Part shown: piece by piece, positions 58,092-64,000 of the stretch
Layout: each line of letters starts with the position of its first letter
How positions within the stretch are numbered: the stretch's first letter is position 1
Source: Candidatus Zipacnadia bacterium
Lineage (GTDB): Bacteria > Armatimonadota > Zipacnadia > Zipacnadales > UBA5352
Length of the DNA stretch: 64,000 bases
Reading direction: 5' to 3'
Assembly (NCBI GenBank): GCA_029821735.1
Contig: JALGSU010000013.1
Location: forward strand, 7,563-71,562
Notes under the pieces: model-generated
What the model saw: only the letters and a program-made list of their open reading frames with translations
The model's database searches: none
Told to the model about the DNA's origin: nothing
Translations under genes and position numbers: made by a program

Positions 58092-59282
58092 TCATTCGCT
58101 GCAGACGCGAACGTTGGTGACTGTCACGTCGCGCACATGCTCCGGTCCTGACGCAATCGTCACCGCATCCCCGGCAACATCGTGGCGGATGATGTTGGTG
58201 ATGATTGAGTCCCGCAGCGAGCCACCGATCAGGATCGTGTGCTCCGATCGGCTGATGACGCCGCTCACCATGAAGCGAGAAGTGTCGCCCAGAGGCGCCA
58301 CGCCTCCCCCGTAGTTGTGGTCTCCGATCTTCACCGCCGCCTTACATCGCATGTCCGCAGGAGACGTGTCGACCAGTCCATCGAGGACGATATCGTACAT
58401 GCGCGCTCCCGAGCTGTTCAGGAACCTGACGATGTGGTGTCCGCCCGCGCAGTAGCCTCTGATGTTCCTGATCACGACATCCCGGATGTCATCGAGGCCA
58501 TCTCCTCGATTCACTGCGCTGCTGACCATCGTTGAGTCGAAACCGCCGGCGACGCTGTTGGGGTTTGGGAGCGCCGTCAGAGCGACCATGTCATCGCCGG
58601 TGTACCCGGTCACGTTGTCGATGAGTATGTCATGGCATCCGAGTCTCAGATCAATTCCGTCCTGGTTCAGGATCGTTTCTTTGGCGCTGCCGATAGTCTT
58701 GGTGCCGGTGGCGGCGAAATCGATATCACGCAGAGTACCATGTGCGCAACGCTCAAGCGAGATACCCCAGCAGTGCGAGTCCTTCACGCGGATGTTGCTG
58801 ATGCTGAAATCCTCGACATACGCCATCAGGATCCCGATGTTGCGCCAGTCTCCGGTCTGGCTCTCGCCCGCCACGCCGGCATCGGTGCCGAAGGTCCGCT
58901 CACCGAGTGTCTTCCCGCCATCTCCGGTGGCGCGCGGCTGGTCGGCGCCCTCCAGAAGCACGCTGCCCACTCCCCGGATATGGATCCCACGGATGGGCTC
59001 GATCTCGCTGATGCCGTGCCCGCAGTTGGCGCTGCGAATGATGTTGTCCCGGCAGCGATCGGTGAGTTTCAGGTGGCAACTATCGAGGTCGAGGACGGTG
59101 TCACCGTACACGAGGATCGCCGAGTCAAGCAGCCAGACATCGCGCGCGCCGTCCGAAGCGAGGTTGCGGCGGGGAATGACTACGCGCCTGCCTGTGCCCG
59201 CAGCTCGTCGAAGGGCCTGGTTGATGCGCTCAACGTCTGAGCCCTGAAAGTCGTTGGGGTTGAGGTGTCCGCGCTCATTCAT
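58092..59282 (-). CDS. GH28-like / pectate-lyase-superfamily right-handed beta-helix glycosidase, no signal peptide
   Basis: Ordered motifs resemble the GH28 NTDG / GDD / G-H-G / R-I-K blocks: NQDGIDL, TGDDMVAL, CAGGHH, AVKIG. The N-terminus NPNDFQGSDVERINQALRRA matches the Pectate_lyase_3-type start. The start codon overlaps the upstream stop (TAATG). Confidence 0.7.
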   Translation of the reverse strand: MNERGHLNPNDFQGSDVERINQALRRAAGTGRRVVIPRRNLASDGARDVWLLDSAILVYGDTVLDLDSCHLKLTDRCRDNIIRSANCGHGISEIEPIRGIHIRGVGSVLLEGADQPRATGDGGKTLGERTFGTDAGVAGESQTGDWRNIGILMAYVEDFSISNIRVKDSHCWGISLERCAHGTLRDIDFAATGTKTIGSAKETILNQDGIDLRLGCHDILIDNVTGYTGDDMVALTALPNPNSVAGGFDSTMVSSAVNRGDGLDDIRDVVIRNIRGYCAGGHHIVRFLNSSGARMYDIVLDGLVDTSPADMRCKAAVKIGDHNYGGGVAPLGDTSRFMVSGVISRSEHTILIGGSLRDSIITNIIRHDVAGDAVTIASGPEHVRDVTVTNVRVCSE

Positions 59283-60394
59283 TACTTGAAGTGCCTCCTG
59301 AAAACATCGGCAATGTCCGCGTTTCTGATGACATGCAGGCTGCTACAGACCTGAACTCGCCGACAGCCGCTGGCGATCATCGTGCTGAGCTCCATGTCGA
59401 CGCACTCGGCGTCTTTCACAGGGAATGTGCCCGGGCGATCGTAGTACCCGATCATGCCGACGCCCTGCTGGCGCTGACCGTACTCCTGAGCGTCCTGAAC
59501 GATGCGCTGGCTGTATTGCTCAATCTTCTCCTGCGGCCACAGCGTATACCACGCCGCCGTCTGTCCGCAGTAGTCAACGTCCAGTCTGTTGCCATACAGC
59601 GGCTCCGTGGCAAAGACTGGCCAGATGTGAATGCTCGTCTTGATGTCGGTTCGCCTGGAGCGTGCGTAGTTAGCGAGGTGGTTTATGTAGCCAACCAGTG
59701 TGTCGCGGAAGAACTTCACTTCCGCTTCCTCTGCGGGTAGCTCAGGATGTGCCGCTACATACTCGGCCGACAGTCTCTGGCAGTCCTCACAGTGGCAGCG
59801 CTGGTAGTTCTGATAGCCGAAACCATCGAACGCCAGCCCCTCGAGTCCCGGTACAGAGGCGATCTCGTCGATAGGGGGCTTGAGGAGGTCTCTGGCGTCC
59901 TCGTTGCTCAGGCAGATGATTCGGGTGGTCAGGACCTCATTGGTCATGACCGGCTCCCCGCCCCACTGGTAGGGGGTAATGGCGTTGTTCTTTCCGGCCG
60001 AGATGAAGCTGAGGGCCGCCTCCTCATCTGCGGCCATGACCTGCCAGGGCGCCGGGCGGTCGGGATATCGCTCAGTCCACAGCTTCGCCAATCTGCCCAT
60101 GGGGGAGATGCATGAGAACACTCCGATGTTGTGCTTCGCACCCGCCTCGACAGCACGGAGGAGAAGGTCCGGGTCATTTGAGTTAGTGATTAATACGTCG
60201 AACCCGACCGCCTCAGCCTCCGCCATGAATGCCTCGACGTCCTTGAAGTCGATACCCCAACCCACCAGCGTCAGAGGTCCGTCTGCGCAAAACCCCCAGG
60301 ATACTGCCATAGCCAGAGCAATCGCCGCAAGGCACGTGTTGCTCCACTTCATGCTGCTACGAGCTGATATCTCGCAGTGTCTGGGCATCGTCAT
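59282..60394 (-). CDS. hypothetical secreted TIM-barrel-like protein (possible glycoside-hydrolase-like)
   Basis: The hydrophobic N-terminus is MKWSNTCLAAIALAMAVSWGFCA. There is an alternating beta/alpha pattern and a Cys cluster (RCHCEDCQR). GAGAG lies upstream of ATG 60394, and ATG 60352 is an alternative start. Confidence 0.65.
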   Translation of the reverse strand: MTMPRHCEISARSSMKWSNTCLAAIALAMAVSWGFCADGPLTLVGWGIDFKDVEAFMAEAEAVGFDVLITNSNDPDLLLRAVEAGAKHNIGVFSCISPMGRLAKLWTERYPDRPAPWQVMAADEEAALSFISAGKNNAITPYQWGGEPVMTNEVLTTRIICLSNEDARDLLKPPIDEIASVPGLEGLAFDGFGYQNYQRCHCEDCQRLSAEYVAAHPELPAEEAEVKFFRDTLVGYINHLANYARSRRTDIKTSIHIWPVFATEPLYGNRLDVDYCGQTAAWYTLWPQEKIEQYSQRIVQDAQEYGQRQQGVGMIGYYDRPGTFPVKDAECVDMELSTMIASGCRRVQVCSSLHVIRNADIADVFRRHFK

Positions 60395-60431
60395 TCTTCT
60401 CTCAATCTGGTCAGGTCAAAGAGGCGTGCTG

Positions 60432-61103
60432 TCATCTTCGCTGCAACACGACACGGAAACCGATGTTGCCGTTTCGGCCCACGGCAGCGCTGACCGGGCG
60501 GTAGGAAGCAGCGAGATCCTCGGGATGCACCAGATCCCACGAGCCTCCCCGCAGCACCTTTTCGTTCTGCTTGTGGTCCCACCAATCACTGCACCATTCC
60601 CAGACATTGCCGCGCACGTCATACAAGCCGTATTGGTTCGGCGCCAGGGAACCCACCGGCATGGTCCCTGTGGGAGCCAGATCGTCCCATCTTCCGTGGA
60701 CCATCCCCTCGAGGCTGGCATCGCCGGCGAAGTATTCCCACTGCTCTTCGCTGGGCAAGCTGTACTGCCAGCCATCGGGTAGAGCGCCGGCGGCCACGTC
60801 CCTGACAGTGAGCTTTTCGCAGTAGCGGGCAGCGTCCTTCCAGTCCACGTTCTCTACCGGTCGATTGGCGCCGACCCAGCGGGCCGGCTCGTGTGCCATC
60901 ACGGCCGCGTACTGCTCCTGGGTTACTTCATACCTGCCGACCCAGTAGCCCACGGGCACCCACGCCAGTTCCATGCCGAGGGAATTGGTGTAGGGCTTGC
61001 CTTCCGCCGCCACTCCGGCGGCATGGCAGCAACCAGCCATCATGAGCCATGCGGCCAGCAACCCCATTGCCTTCGATGCGCTGCGGGAGATTCCTGTGGG
61101 CAT
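60432..61103 (-). CDS. formylglycine-generating enzyme (SUMF1/FGE-sulfatase) domain lipoprotein
   Basis: FGE-domain blocks: MELAWVPVG, GRYEVTQEQY, RPVENVDWKDAARYC, GLYDVRGNVWEWCSDWW, VLRGGSW and GNIGFRVV. The signal has lipobox LMMAG|C. GGAG sits 6 nt upstream of ATG 61103, and there is an 11-nt gap to the upstream gene. Confidence 0.85.
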   Translation of the reverse strand: MPTGISRSASKAMGLLAAWLMMAGCCHAAGVAAEGKPYTNSLGMELAWVPVGYWVGRYEVTQEQYAAVMAHEPARWVGANRPVENVDWKDAARYCEKLTVRDVAAGALPDGWQYSLPSEEQWEYFAGDASLEGMVHGRWDDLAPTGTMPVGSLAPNQYGLYDVRGNVWEWCSDWWDHKQNEKVLRGGSWDLVHPEDLAASYRPVSAAVGRNGNIGFRVVLQRR

Positions 61104-61114
61104 GCCTCGCTCCG

Positions 61115-63922
61115 TTACCTGATGAGACTTAGCAGCCGGAAGTTCTTTGGGCCCACCGTGCACCGCACCGCATCGGTGTCCACGCGCACTGGCAGGTTGT
61201 GCATGTTGTCAGCCGCCCGGCTGACCGCACCGGCCCTGGCCGCGATCTGGGCGAGCGGAACAGCTACCTCGCGCTCCTGGTCGGACAGATTGGTGAGCAC
61301 CAGCAGGAGGCGATCCTTCCCGCTGTACCCGGTGGCATAGACATCTTGGGCGTTGAGCGCCTCGTTGATCTCCGGCCATTGCCAGTACGGGACGAAGGTC
61401 ACGTCTGGCTCAGCCAGCTCGTCCAGTACTGACCACACCCGGTACAGCAGCGGGGAATCCAGATACTGGTTCCAGACCTGGGTGCCGTGAAGCAGGCTCA
61501 TGGCTAGCAGCCGCGGTGTACCGATCCGTCGCTCTTCATCCCTGTCCACATCGGGGCCGAGGCCGTAGCCGAAGGCAGGCAGGTAGGTCATCTGCACCCC
61601 GAACTGATGCGGTCCGAGCCATCGCGCCCGCCATTCGCCCAGTGACATCATCTGCGTGTGGTCCGATCCGTACGTGCCTTCGCCCTGTAACTCGGCGTCA
61701 GTGAAGGAGATCGAGCCCGGGTGCAGGCCGGCATGAGTCAGTATGAACGGCTGCTTGCCTCGCTTCACGAACTCGGCGCGCACCATCATGAAGAGCTTGC
61801 GGAAGCCCAAAAGCGGCAAGGTGGCCCGCAGCACGCCGTCCTCGTCAACATAGCCGCACCCGTGCTTCGTGTTGCTGCACATGAGCGGGGCGCAGTTGTC
61901 GAAGTATATCCCGCCGATGTCGTAGTCATCGATGAGTCTGCCGACCCCCTGCGCAAGGTAGGCCGAGAACAGGCTGTTGGGGCAAGTGGGCCGCAAGTAA
62001 GCCGGTCTGGGAATCCGTGGATGGTGGGTCCACTCATCAGTCTGCTCGACGTAGTAGTATCCGGCCGGGTCCTCTGCGGCAATGTGGGTGCCTGCGAGGT
62101 AGGGCAGACCAAGGTGACCGATCAGATCGGAGCATTTCACCAGTCTCGTCAATCGCTCAGGATGTCCCACCAACAGCGTGTACCACAGGAAGCCGATGTC
62201 ACGGTATCTGCGGTGGTCCGTGGGCTGCCACGCGGTTGGTGACGCTCCCTCACGTATCACGTCATAGGCCGTGAGATACGGGCGGATCGCCTCTGCCGTC
62301 TGCTCCTGCGCCGCACCGGGCTTCATGCGCGCCTCAAGTAAGGGGAGACTCTCGTCGGCGATCTCCGGGTATCCTGAGAAGAACATGTTGTACCGCGAGG
62401 CCAGCCAGTCCTCTCGCACCGGCTTCGGCGGCATGATCTGCAACGCGAACTGCAACTGTCGCGGCTTGTCCAGAGGGGCCGCTTCGGTGATGAAGCTGCA
62501 GCTCACAGTGACTCCGTCATCATCACGGACGAGACGCACGGTGGGCTCGTCGGCGGAGGTGCGGTAGCCCTCCGTGCTGAGGGCCGTGAAGCTGATCCCC
62601 CGCGATTCGTCGCCGATCCACAGTATGGGCAGCACGCCGCGCGTCCATTCCCAGATCAGGCCGTCGGCCCCTGGAACGCCGGGCTGCCAGTCGTTCTCCG
62701 TGGCTTCTCCCATGTGAGCGCTGCCAACAACCGCCTTGGTCTCAACTTGCTCTCCCTGTCGGGGAATCGGGCCGTACCCAAATCGCCACCCATCCTCCCC
62801 CGAGGCGCCCGGAATGGATGATGTGTCATAGCTGATGTACCGCGCGCAGTCCGACGTGAAGGGGATGGTCAGGGCCGCACTTGCCACCGAAGCCCCCGGC
62901 GTCGCGGGGAAGCTGAGAGTGTATATCAAGAACGCGTCATAGTGCATTTCGAGACTGAGGGTCGCTCTATGAGCCCCGCCGCGGAACTGCCCGGACAGGA
63001 CTGCCCTCGTGGGCCCCGACTGTGCTGTCGTCTCGCCCGGGTCGAGCTGCAGGCGCGTCCCGTCGCCATACACGATGGCGAGTTCCATCGGCCGGGCCAT
63101 GACGTCCTGCCCCAGCACCGAGATTTGCTGCGGCAGAACGGAGCTGCCGAACTGGATGCGAGACGTAGTGAGTGCGAAATCCCCCGAGGCCTGCGTCGTG
63201 ATCGGCGTGTAGGGGGGCAGCACGGCATCCGCCTGCTCAAGGTCCCGGAGCGCCTTGAGTTCGACCTCTGTGAGGCCTTCATAGGAGGCGAAATCGCCGT
63301 CCTTCGCGTACTCCGGCCAACTTTCGCACATCGCACTGAATCCATCGGCCGAAACGGGCAGCTCGAAGCTGCGCAGACGCGCATTCACATCCATCCGCGT
63401 ACCATCGGTGGGTTCCAGGAAGGCGATAGAGGGGCGAATGCCCGTGGCGTTGTTCGAGGCCTTGTAGGTGAATGTGAACTGCTGGAACTCAAGGGAGAGC
63501 GCGTGGCGTTCCGAGTAGTTGTTGCCAATGTGGTGGCCGTCTTCATCGTATTCGAAGGCGCCGAAGGAGAAATGTCCGCTGCCTGCCATCCGCAGGACCA
63601 TCTGATACTCACGCTCGGGCTCGACTTGCAGCAGGTAGGAACTGTAGATGGTGAAGGTCCTCTCCATCGCCGGGCAGGCGACGATCAATTCAGTGATCAA
63701 GGTCTGCGCGTGCTGGGACTTCTCGGTAGAAAGTGCGACGCTCTTGTGGCCGGGGCCCAGGACGCTGAATCCGCTGACCCCTTCCACGAAGGCGCCGTTG
63801 AAGATGGCGTTCCGAGGCGGTCGTTGCCCGTCGTCGGCGAACGGCGCCGAGGCCCCCCAAAGTAGAACAACAAGCGTCGCAAGCCACGTGATCCTCATTC
63901 GCGGGTTGCTCCCGATTCGCAT
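61115..63922 (-). CDS. secreted hypothetical glycoside-hydrolase-like protein (935 aa; DUF4091/GH123-like guess)
   Basis: GGGAGG sits 4 nt upstream of ATG 63922. Signal peptide is ITWLATLVVLLWGASAPFA. An N-terminal jelly roll (NAIFNGAFVEG...) is followed by a C-terminal catalytic-looking region (DIGGIYFDNCAPLMC...HGCGY). The family assignment comes from memory only. Confidence 0.65.
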   Translation of the reverse strand: MRIGSNPRMRITWLATLVVLLWGASAPFADDGQRPPRNAIFNGAFVEGVSGFSVLGPGHKSVALSTEKSQHAQTLITELIVACPAMERTFTIYSSYLLQVEPEREYQMVLRMAGSGHFSFGAFEYDEDGHHIGNNYSERHALSLEFQQFTFTYKASNNATGIRPSIAFLEPTDGTRMDVNARLRSFELPVSADGFSAMCESWPEYAKDGDFASYEGLTEVELKALRDLEQADAVLPPYTPITTQASGDFALTTSRIQFGSSVLPQQISVLGQDVMARPMELAIVYGDGTRLQLDPGETTAQSGPTRAVLSGQFRGGAHRATLSLEMHYDAFLIYTLSFPATPGASVASAALTIPFTSDCARYISYDTSSIPGASGEDGWRFGYGPIPRQGEQVETKAVVGSAHMGEATENDWQPGVPGADGLIWEWTRGVLPILWIGDESRGISFTALSTEGYRTSADEPTVRLVRDDDGVTVSCSFITEAAPLDKPRQLQFALQIMPPKPVREDWLASRYNMFFSGYPEIADESLPLLEARMKPGAAQEQTAEAIRPYLTAYDVIREGASPTAWQPTDHRRYRDIGFLWYTLLVGHPERLTRLVKCSDLIGHLGLPYLAGTHIAAEDPAGYYYVEQTDEWTHHPRIPRPAYLRPTCPNSLFSAYLAQGVGRLIDDYDIGGIYFDNCAPLMCSNTKHGCGYVDEDGVLRATLPLLGFRKLFMMVRAEFVKRGKQPFILTHAGLHPGSISFTDAELQGEGTYGSDHTQMMSLGEWRARWLGPHQFGVQMTYLPAFGYGLGPDVDRDEERRIGTPRLLAMSLLHGTQVWNQYLDSPLLYRVWSVLDELAEPDVTFVPYWQWPEINEALNAQDVYATGYSGKDRLLLVLTNLSDQEREVAVPLAQIAARAGAVSRAADNMHNLPVRVDTDAVRCTVGPKNFRLLSLIR

Positions 63923-64000
63923 GTCGCCTCCCGGATCGTACCCACGTCTTGGCGCCGTCTGAATTGAGTGTGGTCAGCTCGTTTGCTCACGCTGCCTGAG

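Noticed and set aside
60432-60560. The C-terminus of the FGE-domain protein as the variable region of a diversity-generating retroelement. FGE/C-type-lectin folds are common DGR targets.
   Set aside because: No reverse transcriptase ORF is present anywhere in the window. I noticed no template-repeat copy of this segment, and the region immediately downstream is occupied by another gene. I could not run an exhaustive repeat search.
1-64000. Search by eye for CRISPR arrays, tRNA, rRNA or tmRNA genes, IS elements, integrases, prophage genes and toxin-antitoxin or defence-system genes.
   Set aside because: No spaced direct-repeat arrays were seen, no intergenic region looks like a tRNA or rRNA, and no transposase-, integrase-, nuclease- or ATPase-type defence signatures appear among the supported ORFs. 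tRNAscan-SE, Infernal and a self dot plot would be needed to exclude them formally.

Overview
GC-rich bacterial chromosomal segment (roughly low-to-mid 60s % GC by eye, not computed). Most starts have a GGAG/GGAGG Shine-Dalgarno 5-9 nt upstream. I can support about 31 protein-coding genes. I see no rRNA, tRNA, CRISPR array, transposase or integrase.

The first ~14 kb mixes housekeeping-type genes with secreted hydrolases. The housekeeping genes are an FtsX-type ABC permease plus ATPase, cdsA plus a CDP-alcohol phosphatidyltransferase, and a PNPOx-family flavoprotein.

From ~14.6 kb to the end the window is almost entirely very large (700-1600 aa), mostly signal-peptide-bearing, carbohydrate-active-looking proteins:
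- a PL6-type beta-helix lyase
- three heparinase II/III-like proteins, two of them giant paralogues fused to FG-GAP propellers
- BNR/Asp-box and other sialidase-fold proteins
- a GH28-like beta-helix protein
- a BD-FAE-like esterase
- an FGE/SUMF1-domain lipoprotein
- LamG and CBM-like modules
- a ~1300-aa protein whose N-terminus carries the full zinc-ligand pattern of phospholipase C / P1 nuclease

No transporter, regulator or sulfatase is visible in this island.

Two genes are disrupted: a 1-nt frameshift in a CCCAAA run and an in-frame TGA. The tag gene is a ~50% GC compositional outlier. Many long ORFs in the six-frame track are antisense shadows of real genes, as expected at this GC content, and are not reported as features. 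All family assignments come from motifs read by eye and recalled family knowledge, with no database search.
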